From positions 1 through 36,623 of the forward strand of contig JAUCBJ010006446.1 in the NCBI GenBank assembly GCA_032718475.1: a DNA stretch of 36,623 nucleotides, written 5' to 3'. A model generated the notes under the pieces. The model was given only the letters and a program-made list of their open reading frames with translations, ran no database searches and was not told the DNA's origin. The DNA is from Nemertoderma westbladi. Its lineage: Eukaryota; Animalia; Xenacoelomorpha. Position numbers and translations under genes: made by a program. Of this stretch, positions 23,198 to 34,117 are shown piece after piece (position 1 is the first letter of the stretch; each line of letters starts with the position of its first letter).

Positions 23198-24691
23198 ATG
23201 GACAGAAATATGGACTCCGCCTTTGTCATATCAATGCCGTCCTTCATGGATCTTTGCATCGGGAACGAATTTTTTATGCGACGTTTCCTCAACGAATACT
23301 TGCAGAACGATTACGAATTTCTCGAGGACTTTGTCACCTCGAACTGTACCCCCGCCCAAATAACAGCGTGGCTGCGGAAACAGCTAGCGAACTCGGGCGA
23401 ATCAACCTTCATCGACCCCGTATCAGCGTTCAATCGAACTAGTAATCCCACGAATACAATACCTAAATCCCACATAGCTTCCGTTCCCACAAATTACGAA
23501 ACCAATTCTTCACGTTACCAACCCCAACAGCACCAACAATTAAGGCAACAGCACCAACAACTGAGGCAACAGCACCAACAACAACAACACCAGCAACAAC
23601 AACAACAACACCAGCAACAACACCAGCAACAACAACAGCACCAACAACTAGGCCTACAACAACACCAGCAGCAATCTCGGGTAGGGGTACCGGTAGCACG
23701 AACAAACACTCGGGAGACTATGGAGCCATGGCAACCGACTGGCGGCGGCGTGGTTGCATCGCAACACCTCTCGGTCCAGGGAGTCATGTCGCACGCTAGG
23801 CCTGGATTGAGACCGGGCCGGCCGACAGTGCTGGCCCCGAGGTACCCCAGACCACAGGTACAACAACGGACGCCGACACGCCTACCTGCCCCGCCCGGAG
23901 TCCCGAGACAGCAGTTGCACCCGCGCGGCACGTATAGCTCTAAAGCCGTGGAACAAATGCTGCAGGCTCGCACCACTGAAACCAACCAATATCAGTACGC
24001 CCAAAGGCAACAACGGCCCTCTCCTATAGCGAGACAAGCCTCGGGGGGTCCCAGCCTTCAGACGGTAAACCCCCGACCAACGCAGACGCTCAAGCGTAAA
24101 GCACCGCCAGCACCGCCAACCGCAGGAAGTCCCGAGTGTATCTCATTGTTGGAGGAGGGCGAAGCAGATGAGCCCGGCACCACCCGTCCGAGGGAAGGTG
24201 CCCGGAATCCGGAGTCGGAAACGAGCGCAGAGGAGCAGACAGCAACCGAATCGGTCGGGGCATCGTCGGTTACTGGGGGAGTAGAGAGTGCCGGTCACAA
24301 TGCAGAGGACGAAATAAACACGGGGGGCAATGCGTTGGACACAGGTGGCAATGCGTTGGACACAGGGGGCAATGCTTTGGACGAATTAACTGCCGGAATC
24401 AATGCATTGGATGAATTAAACACTATGGACGAATTGAACGCAGAGAGTAACGCACTCGAGGGTTCCAGGGCGAGCTCCCCCCTTAGCAGTACCACTGAAC
24501 CAGGTGTTAGAGAACCCAGCTCTAACGAACTCAACCCTGGTCGTATGTTGTACACGGGAGACAATGACACTCAGTCGAACAGTTCGACATCACAACATCC
24601 AAATCGGCCTCCACGTCAAAAGAGTACCGAGGCTGCCATGCGGATTAGGGAGTGGACCGAGGAGTTGAATAGTTGCTTTGGGGGGACCTGA
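23198..24691 (+). CDS. Uncharacterised 497-aa Q/P-rich, mostly disordered, probably nuclear protein
   Basis: Long GC-rich ORF in AT-rich DNA with start context AAACATGG. It has a polyQ/H tract, KRK basic patch, SIM-like CISLLEE and TGGNALD repeats. AATAAA lies at 25001. Confidence 0.65.
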   Translation: MDRNMDSAFVISMPSFMDLCIGNEFFMRRFLNEYLQNDYEFLEDFVTSNCTPAQITAWLRKQLANSGESTFIDPVSAFNRTSNPTNTIPKSHIASVPTNYETNSSRYQPQQHQQLRQQHQQLRQQHQQQQHQQQQQQHQQQHQQQQQHQQLGLQQHQQQSRVGVPVARTNTRETMEPWQPTGGGVVASQHLSVQGVMSHARPGLRPGRPTVLAPRYPRPQVQQRTPTRLPAPPGVPRQQLHPRGTYSSKAVEQMLQARTTETNQYQYAQRQQRPSPIARQASGGPSLQTVNPRPTQTLKRKAPPAPPTAGSPECISLLEEGEADEPGTTRPREGARNPESETSAEEQTATESVGASSVTGGVESAGHNAEDEINTGGNALDTGGNALDTGGNALDELTAGINALDELNTMDELNAESNALEGSRASSPLSSTTEPGVREPSSNELNPGRMLYTGDNDTQSNSSTSQHPNRPPRQKSTEAAMRIREWTEELNSCFGGT

Positions 24692-25834
24692 CCTGCGCTG
24701 ATAGCTTTGTGTCTGTTAATCAATGTGTGTCTGTGTATAATAATAACGTTCAAAACTGAGCAAACTGAATAGTTCGGTGGCACCTGTCATATGGACTTTT
24801 GTTTTATTTTGATAGATTCAATCTTCTCCTGTTTTATAGACAATTTCGGCCGTTGAGGCCTTAAAGTTACATAGTTACAGGTGCGGCCCAATGTATTTTA
24901 ATAATTTTTATGGTATTACGCAATTTTATACTTTTATAGCAGTTGTACATGAGCTAAAATCGGTAGCCGCAATAATAATGTACCCATTAGTTTATTTGCC
25001 AATAAAAGTAGTTACAGGGGAGCGGGCGAGAGTGAACCAGTATCTGTTATGGCCCTGACTTCTGATAGATCCCATGTAAGTCGCGTAGAAAACATGCGAT
25101 TCCTTGTTTTCATATCTAAAGTGGATGCGGGGGGGTGGGGCGAGCAATCTGATACTATAGTCTTTACGAAGCGCCAGATGGCATTCATGTATTCTATAGA
25201 TTAACTAGTTAAGGATAAAATACAAATAATATAAATAGACTGTAAATTGACGCCAGTAAAGACCAATCAGAAAGAAAAGTCTCACAAATTCATGAGTAAT
25301 GCATTACACCCTTGTGGAGCATAGATAATTATAAATAATCCATGAACTTTATCCATGTATTTAATTATTAGTCTGCCGAAAAACATTTTAAACTCAACGT
25401 GATGGCCATCAGGTGTACATTTTAGGTGCATTTTTCTCCCGCTCATCCTGTAACTTCTGTACGATAATTATTGTTTTTCTAGTAAATCTGTAACGAATGA
25501 TTCAATAGCCTGTACGTAATAATATTCCACTTGATAAACACAACTGGAACTTTGCGCCATTAAGTGGTAACTTTAGCCCACATACAGTAGGTTAAGTAAT
25601 GTTGAATAATTGTTTTCAATCGTCTCAGATTGATCAGTACCTATATTGCCCGCAAATATACACGAATTAATACGTAGATGTGCACTGTACATACAGTATA
25701 TATACATGTTAGCAATGGACACAATTATTGCTGGTGTATTCAATTTTACGTCATTGTACTACTGTAACTGAGTTGAACTGATTTCATTATATTGATCACC
25801 TTTAGATAATAATATCTAAATCAAAAGATACTTT

Positions 25835-25985
25835 TCTTTACTTTCCCAACATATGCCAGATTACCTCTACAGCTGGGTGAACTGAAGCTAGTTCCTATAG
25901 AGGTGGCAGCTTAGCGGAAACTGGACTACTGTGGGGCTCGAATTCACGACCTTCCGGTTGGAAGTGCAGCGCTGTAACTAGCTAG
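25835..25985 (-). mobile_element. tRNA-derived SINE (decayed)
   Basis: The minus strand has a tRNA-like head TAGCTAGTTACAGCGCTGCACTTCCAACCGGAAGGTCGTGAATTCGAGCCCCAC with a B-box-like GAATTCGAGCCC. It is followed by CAGTTCACCCAGCTGTA, which resembles conserved SINE central domains. Confidence 0.55.
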
Positions 25986-26059
25986 AAAAAACCTAAATAA
26001 TAGCTAAAGAATAGGATACGAGTGCAACATACCACTCTTAATAACTGCGTAGGGCCCGT

Positions 26060-27265
26060 ACTTAAATATTATCAAGGTTCCAACACGGGTTGAAAATCAA
26101 CCTACGTTCAGATTGGAAACGCTATTTCTAGAATTCTAGGTATCAACTACGGGACCTTGCCGCTCCCTGCTGGTACCCGAGCACTGCGAGCCACGTGCGC
26201 CACCGAGTCGATGCACTCCAACGGAAATGCATCCGATTCTGTCTGGGTCTCGACTCTAGGTACCACATCAGCGTAGGTACCACATCAGCGCTGCTCACTT
26301 TGTGGAAATCAACGAGCGGACCCACCAAATAACGCTAACACACAACATTCGTCACCACTCAGCACCATCTATCTGCGCGAACTGATCGCATTCGACGAGC
26401 CCTCTCACCACCTGCGTAACGCATCGCACCACCTGCGCAACGGTATCGGCGTCACACGCTTTCTCATACTCAGGACCACGTTATGGAATAAACTACCGAA
26501 TGCCGGAGTCAAGGAAATCAAAAGTGTCGTTAAACCTTCAAGCATGCATTAAAAGAGTACTTCCTAGAACAGCAGGCTAGTTATAGTTAACAACGAATCG
26601 GGCCAAATACTTCAATAAATAGTCTTTCTCAACACCATTAATAATATCCAATAAAACTGTCGACTCCTATTGTACTTATTTTCACGTACTACTTATCATC
26701 AACTAACTCTATATTTTTTTCTAATTTAAATTACATCCTTACATTTTTACAATAATTCTTTTTGTTTCATTCTTAAGTGCCCTCTATTTATTTTTATGTT
26801 CTTCTACATAATGACTACAGTACACAATACACGGTACATAATACTTAAGTGGCCTTTCATTTACATCGAATTTGTCCACCTACAGTACAGTATACTGTCC
26901 ATCATATTGTCCGTCATGTTTTAATGTTTCAAACCGTGTAATTATTTTAATGTATTTTAAACAACCCAAAATTACGTGTGTCGCCAAAATATCTGCCTCT
27001 CTACCGATTTCTATTTATTTATATTATATTACTGTATATGCTTATTTTATACCAACTCTTTTTTATTAACTCTTTATACTTTTAATGTATGTTGTCCTTT
27101 TATTTAAGTCATTTTATTAAATCTTTATACTGTACGAATCTTAGTTAAACATTTTATAATCCGCGTGATATTTTAATGTATGTTCTTTTATTTAATTTTA
27201 AACTACTGTATATCCAGGGGACCCCATGGAAACGAGACATTGTCTCTTGGGGCTATCCCCGACGT
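26060..27265 (+). mobile_element. Decayed 3' fragment of an L2/Crack-type LINE with 3' UTR
   Basis: Frameshifted C-terminal motif FSYSGP..WNKLP...FK..LK at about 26460-26570, an AT-rich UTR, and a terminal stem-loop at 27217-27260 shared with the next LINE. Confidence 0.5.
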
Positions 27266-27382
27266 CATATTTCACTTATATTTTGTATAACTCGAACTAC
27301 CGGTAGTAATCTCATGTGCCATTCCGTCTTAAATTATTTATAGGAATATTTCCGAATATTATAGGAATAATAATTATATACA

Positions 27383-28980
27383 GGAATATTTCCTGATGTA
27401 TTTAAAACAGCTGAAATAGTGCCAGTACCAAAAAAGGGCCCAAAGTTGCTGAAAGAAAATAAAAGACCAATTTCATTGCTATCAATACTTTCTAAAGTTT
27501 TCGAACACATATACAGACAAAGTACATAGAGACATGCAATCGGGATACCGAGAAGGTTACTCTAGCCAGACTGTCCTATCTTATATAGATAACTACTGTA
27601 TATTAAATGTGGGATGGATGACGGACAACTAACTGGAATGGTTCTAGTGGACTTGCAAAAGGCTTTTGACATCATCGACCAAAATATCTTACTTATGAAA
27701 TTAAAACACATTGGACTAGACGAAAATGCATTGTAATGGTTTCAACATACATACATACATACATACATTTCTAACAGAAAACAACTTGTATCCATCAACA
27801 ATGTGCGCTCAAGAACTACGGATGTCAGCCACGGTTTTCCACAGGGAGGGATACTTGGACCATTACTGTTTATTAGCTACAACAACGATGTCGATCGAGC
27901 AACTGAATGCCCAACGCCGACTTTAGCTGATGATACAGCAATGATGAAATCTGGTACCACAGTCAGCACCATATCCGATATACTGACAAAGAATAAAAAT
28001 AACTTAGCAATACCTATGGCTGATAGACAACAGGCTCAACATGCACTTAGGAAAGACAGAGGCGATCTTGTTTGGTACCAGACAGAAGCTGCTTACATCT
28101 GATGAATTAAAGATTACATGTAATGGGAATTTAATACCAGTCTCTTCATCAGTGCGTTACCTAGGTTGCCAGCTGGACCAAACCATGATCCGGTAAAGAA
28201 ATGGCCGAAAGTGTAGTAAGGAAAGGTAACCAGAGGATGCGTTTTTTATATCGTCATGCTAATGTACTAGACTCGGGACTCCTTCGAATGCTATGTAATA
28301 CCCTCATACAACCTTATATAGACTATTGTTCAATAAATTAGTACTTTGGAACGACGGCTAGATGGTGGAAGAAGATAGATGTGCTTCAGTGGAAGTGCAT
28401 TCGCTTCTGTCTTTTTCTGGGCGATCGAGTGCACATTGACCATTCACACTACTCTAGAATAAACTGGCTCCCAACCCGTGAAAAGGGTTCATCAAGGTAT
28501 CATGACCAGCATGTACAAAATATATCGGTGAACTTCACCTGGCTATCTAACAGAACTCATGGAATATTGTGAAACTCGTACCTCTTCACGACACTCGACT
28601 AATTCAAAAGCAACAATTCCCCACCGGCACATAAATCTCGGACAAAATTCGTTCTCATCACTGGATCTCCGCCTTCGGAATAAGTTACCCACAAACGTCA
28701 CATTGGCAACATTGGCGTCGAGTCGTTCAAGCATCTCGTAAAAAATTACAATTTAGATCGTATTCGTACCACAGACAACGATGACCATGTATGGTAAACA
28801 CCACATTCATATATTTTAACTATTTTAATTTATCATATTCTTTTTTTAACATATATTTAACTATTTTTAAGATCATCACCTGTATTTAAATGGTATTTCA
28901 ATTTTTATTTTAATATACTTTTTAACGAGGACCCCCTGGGAGACGAGGTCTTTACCTAAGGGGCATTCCTCGAGGCTAAT
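27383..28980 (+). pseudogene. Decayed L2/Crack (CR1-group) LINE reverse transcriptase with 3' UTR
   Basis: GIFPDVFKTAEIVPVPKKG, RPISLLSILSKVFEH, VDLQKAFDII, GFPQGGILGPLLF, LADDT and YLG, with stops and frameshifts. Confidence 0.85.
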
Positions 28981-29879
28981 ATACACCATACACATTTTAA
29001 TCTACATACAATTTTAAATAATCAAGGTACGAGAGACATACTTTTTAATCTACAAACAAATTTTTTAAATTCAACTTGTGATTCTAATTAATTGGTATTA
29101 TAAATTAAATATTTTCAGTGATTTTAATGTGATTTTAAGCGTGATTTAAAAACTTTTAACTTAGCCTGCATGCATTCATAAAATCGATTCGTGATTTTAA
29201 TTAATTTGTGTTACCGAGCTTTTAACCTACATACTTATTCTTTTAAAATTCAATTTGTGATTTTAACTAATTAGATTGTGTGCCTTGTATTAAATCAGTG
29301 TTAACTACTTTCAATTTGTCGTGCATATCTTTACCAGTTGTTGTTTCGTTCCTATACTATATTAGTCCTCAATAAATAATCTCAATCTATCATCAGTCTT
29401 GAAGCTCACAATCCGCTTACCCTAGGCCTAAATATTTTTACCTGTTACCATAGTACTGACCTACTGTATTAGGTACCAATTATTGACCTATTGTAGCCGA
29501 CAGGCGAAGGCAGATACGAGATACTGATGAGTTCAGCAGGCTGTCAGGAGCTTTATCTTTGAATATTTTTATCTGTCAGTACAGCAGTACCGATACTCAT
29601 TCAGACAGTTTCCCCAAGCTACATCCCTTGTGGCAATTAGGCTGAAACCAACACACCTTTTGGCTATGGCTGAATGGGAGAGTGTTAGCCAATGATGTGA
29701 GCTTATTGAATAAACATCCAATTAGAACCCCAGAAATACTTCCATAGGCTGAAACGACACCCCGATTGGAAATATGCATACAGTACAGCAGTACAGTGGT
29801 GTACCAGTCAGCCAGTTTACAGACCTTCCGGCAGACCTGGCTTCGGGAAGCAGCTAACATAGTCTGATAGTAGAGACAG

Positions 29880-31759
29880 AGAAAAAATCAACCTTCACTT
29901 AGTTACTTGAATCATCTTATGAATGTGTCAGGTTCCGAAATAATGGTTACCCAGTAGGTATTATTTACACCGATTTCCAAAGAGCTTTCGACAAGGTATC
30001 ACATCAGAAGCTTATCATCAAATTACGGTCATACGGAATTCAGGGTCGATTACTTGCATGGATTGAGGCCTTTTTATCTAACCGTTACCAATTTACAGTT
30101 ATAAAAGGCGCTTTGTCTGCCCCGGCTTTAGTATCCAGTGGTGTCCCTCAAGGCAGCGTCATTGCTCCGATTTTATTTATAATATTTACTGTATTAATGA
30201 TATTATATTCAACATATCCACAAATGGGTAGCTTTATACCGATGACACCAAACTCTACCAATCTATATCCTCCACAAATGATTCAATGCTTCTCCAGGAT
30301 GATATTAACTCTTTACTTCAATGGGCTAAACTGTGGCAGATGAGTTTCAATATCAATAAGTACTCTATTGTCTCACTTCAATCAACCAACTCACGACCCG
30401 AGCGTTCCTACTTCATGGGTGAAACATGCCTCCAACATCTAAGCGAATTCGAAAGATTTAGGAATAATAATTTCATCAGATTTGAGGTTCAGTGAACATG
30501 TGGCGTATACTAAAGCACGTAAAACATGTTGTCAGATTCGGCGAAATTTCCGGCATCGTAGTGGTCAGTTTCAATTTGAGCTGTTTAAAATTTACGCACG
30601 ACCCGTTTTAGAACATAATAATCCTATCTGGTGTCCATATTTCTGTATTTAGATAGGAATATAAATATTATAGAACAGGTCCAACGAGACTTTACAAGAT
30701 ACCTGCCTGGTCTACAAGGTTTAAGCTATGCAGATCGCTTAAATCGTCTCAACACCCGATCCTTAGAGGAACGTCGTATTTTCATTGATCTGATGGAGAT
30801 GTATAAAACAATTCGTGGTTTCAGTCCTCTAAGTAATCTACCGATATTTCATCGTCTTCCTTCTCGAACTCGATCAAACGGATATAAAGTAAACATTCCA
30901 CATTCCCGCGATTGTATACATCACAATCACTTGTCTATAAGTTCGTCGCATTGCAGTTTGGAACTCTCTTCCCTCTTAATGTGGTTGGCGTTGATTCCTC
31001 ATCGGCATTTCACACTAAACTCGACCTAATCGACCTGTCCTCTCATTGTCAGGGGTCATGGAAATTAACAATGAATAACGTCCACGTATTTTAGTTAATT
31101 TGGTTCTATAATATATATTTCTTTTACAAATAAAAAAATTATTTTTTATTGTGATGAATGATTTATTTTTACTGTAATAATATAATACACTTTCAGACTT
31201 TGATCCATATTTTAATTAATGTTTCGATCTACAGTACTAAATATTAATAATGTATAGTGAACTATTAATTGTCTGATTTATGTACCGTACTGAACAGCTG
31301 AATTTTACTCTATAATTTTTTACATATTTTGATAAAAATTATTGCATATTTTTATTGCATAATTTTTTTATTTAAATAAATGATCTGATTGAATTTACTA
31401 CAATTTTATTCACTTATTTATTATGCCATATACTGTACACCAATGTTTCAATGAATGTAATATATATAAATTAATGTGGATTACGTAAATATGTACTTTT
31501 ATTGTGTTCTGAATTTCATTTTGTTTATTAATACATTACTTGCTGACTTGTACTTATTTTTACTCTGTGGTGCTTTATGGCAGGCGTTGCTGAGTGCATA
31601 ATTTTAACATAGGTCCTACTGTATATACCAATAATTACTTGATTGCCCTACTATAACTATCCTACCCGTATCTATGAAAATGGTAATCTTGTTTGTTATG
31701 TTTCGTTATTTTTATGTCTATGTCATTATACTCAAATCAAATTCATCTCATCTCAATTC
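29880..31759 (+). pseudogene. 5'-truncated decayed CR1-clade LINE
   Basis: IYTDFQRAFDKVSHQKL, SGVPQGSVIAPILF, WQMSFNINK, IEQVQRDFTR and RSLEERR, with frameshifts. It has a long AT-rich 3' UTR ending in ATCTC-like repeats. A possible TSD is AGAGACAG (29872-29879 and 31760-31767). Confidence 0.8.
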
Positions 31760-32509
31760 AGAGACAGTACCGTACTCTAACACATGTCAGCATGTCAATT
31801 GATACCGGTATTCTACTGTTCTATTAGTTTGGTAGGCCCTATTCCAGTATTCGGCCTCCACTCTTCGGTCTGTCGGTGGTTTCTGGGTTTTGATTGTCCT
31901 TTACTGCTTTAAGGCTAGCAACTACGAACTAGGCCTTACGCTTTATGCAGAACCGGTAGCGCGGTAGGCCTACTGCTTACCCTGTTACCGGTATATCTTT
32001 TTATCCTGTCTGCGGGTCTGCCTGTTATCTGGTTATTTCAGTTTGCAGTTAACTATGGGATAGGCCTACCCCAGGCCCAGCTACCGCTACCATACAGCCA
32101 TACTGCCATACCATACCTGCATAGACCTACCATAGTTCCTTCTGTCGCTTTGTTAGCCTATTTAATATTTCTGTATTTATTAGGCCTAATTTAGACCTAG
32201 GTCAGTAGGTCAGTAGGTAGTGTTGTATTTCAGTATTTTAGCTTGTAGGCCTACCGGTAGGTAGCACCAGCACGCAAGTAGGTACCGGTACCGGTACGGG
32301 TACGGCAGTGCGGTAATTAACAGAATGACAGATTAATCATTAACAGATTAAGCCAACTTACAGATGTAATTCAGTTAGTTAGGTAGGCCCTAGCCAGTTA
32401 GTATTAGTACCGGTAATTTAACCATTCTGCTATTTGACAGTTCAGCAGTTTGAGCTAAGCTTTCTTAAAATTAATACCCGTACCTACCCCAACAGTCCAA
32501 GTTATTGTA

Positions 32510-33178
32510 ATGGCCGACGCGGATGTTGATAATGAGCTTCTAGACTACGAAGAGGAGGACCACGATACCGCGGATGTTCGCGAGGCTGGAGATGCGAAAC
32601 CCAAGAAGGACGTCAAGGGAACGTACGTGTCGATACACAGCTCGGGATTCCGAGACTTCCTCCTGAAGCCGGAGCTGCTCCGAGCAATCGTTGACTGCGG
32701 TTTCGAGCACCCCTCGGAGGTGCAGCACGAGTGCATCCCGCAGGGAATACTGGCTATGGACGTCATCTGTCAGGCCAAGTCCGGGATGGGGAAGACCGCG
32801 GTCTTTGTGTTGGCCACGTTGCAGCAGTTGGAACCGGTGGACGGGCAAGTCGCCGTTCTCGTCATGGGCCACACCCGCGAACTCGCCTTCCAGATCGCCA
32901 AAGAGTACGAACGCTTCTCCAAGTACATGCCCAGCGTCAAGGTGGCCGTGTTCTTCGGCGGGCTCAGCATCCAGAACGATATCAACCGGTTGAAGAACGA
33001 TTGTCCGCACATCGTGGTCGGGACCCCGGGTCGCACGTTGGCCTTGATCCGCGATCGCGCCCTCAACCTTAAACACATCCGACACTTCATCCTCGACGAA
33101 TGCGATAAGATGTTGGGCGACCTCGATATGCGACGGGACGTTCAAGAGATATTCAAGAACACCCCCCACGAGAAACAG
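32510..33178 (+). CDS. DDX39B: UAP56/DDX39B spliceosome and mRNA-export RNA helicase, coding exon 1
   Basis: [60 protein letters not shown] and DECD box. Donor CAG|GTATTT. Confidence 0.95.
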
Positions 33179-33502
33179 GTATTTATTTACTCCATACTGA
33201 TATTTACGAGATGATTTGATTAAATCATCAATGACATATTTTATCACTTCACATTTTTTCGCTCATTTTCACGCTTCATCTTCTTTGCTTATACTTATTT
33301 ATTATTATTACCGTGCTCTAATGTAAGAACGTAGGTAAGGGTGAGAGCTATTGGCGAAAATCTAATCTAGCTTCGAATTAACAATGATAATATCTTTAAT
33401 TAAGGGAAAGAAGACATTGGCATGTTATGTTATATACTAATTGAAAAGAAACTACTACACTTTTATGTCGAACTCTATATTAATTACGTTTCTATCTAAC
33501 AG

Positions 33503-34117
33503 GTGATGATGTTCAGTGCGACTCTCCCCAAGGACGTCCGAGTCGTCGCCAAGAAGTTCATGCAGGACCCGATGGAAGTCTACGTTGACGACGACTCCAA
33601 GCTCACCCTCCACGGCCTCCAGCAGTACTACGTGAAGCTCAAGGACAACGAAAAGAACCGCAAACTCTTCGATCTCCTCGACGTCTTGGAGTTCAACCAA
33701 GTGATCATATTCGTTAAGACGGTAGCTCGTTGCATGGCTCTCTCCCAGCTGCTGGTGGAGCAGAACTTCCCGGCGATCTGTATCCACCGCAGTATGGGTC
33801 AAGAGGAGCGTCTCAACCGCTACCAGCAGTTCAAAGACTTCGAGAAGCGGATCCTAGTTGCTACTAACCTGTTCGGAAGAGGGATGGACATCGAGCGAGT
33901 CAACATCGTCTTCAACTACGACATGCCGGAGGACTCCGACACGTACCTGCACCGGGTGGCCCGAGCGGGGCGCTTCGGTACCAAAGGGTTGGCGGTGACC
34001 TTCGTGTCGGACGAGAACGACGCGAGGATCCTAAACGAGGTGCAGGAACGCTTCGAGGTCAACATCGGGGAGCTGCCGGACGAGATCGATATCGCGTCGT
34101 ACATCGAGGAGCGCTAG
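33503..34117 (+). CDS. DDX39B: UAP56/DDX39B, coding exon 2 (spliced product 427 aa)
   Basis: Acceptor tctaacag|GTG, then [18 protein letters not shown] and [12 protein letters not shown]. The intron is 324 bp and phase 0. Confidence 0.95.
   Translation: MMMFSATLPKDVRVVAKKFMQDPMEVYVDDDSKLTLHGLQQYYVKLKDNEKNRKLFDLLDVLEFNQVIIFVKTVARCMALSQLLVEQNFPAICIHRSMGQEERLNRYQQFKDFEKRILVATNLFGRGMDIERVNIVFNYDMPEDSDTYLHRVARAGRFGTKGLAVTFVSDENDARILNEVQERFEVNIGELPDEIDIASYIEER

Noticed and set aside
25930-25985. Functional tRNA gene
   Set aside because: The acceptor and D stems are not intact and the B box is degenerate. A SINE head fits better.
29520-29560. Hammerhead ribozyme core CTGATGA
   Set aside because: No GAAA follows a stem II, and stems I and III are not evident.
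33179-33502. Intronic C/D snoRNA, as hosted by vertebrate DDX39B
   Set aside because: I found no properly ordered RTGATGA...CTGA pair with a terminal stem.
32540-33802. Long antisense and alternative-frame ORFs over UAP56
   Set aside because: They are shadows of a GC3-rich coding sequence with no recognisable motifs.
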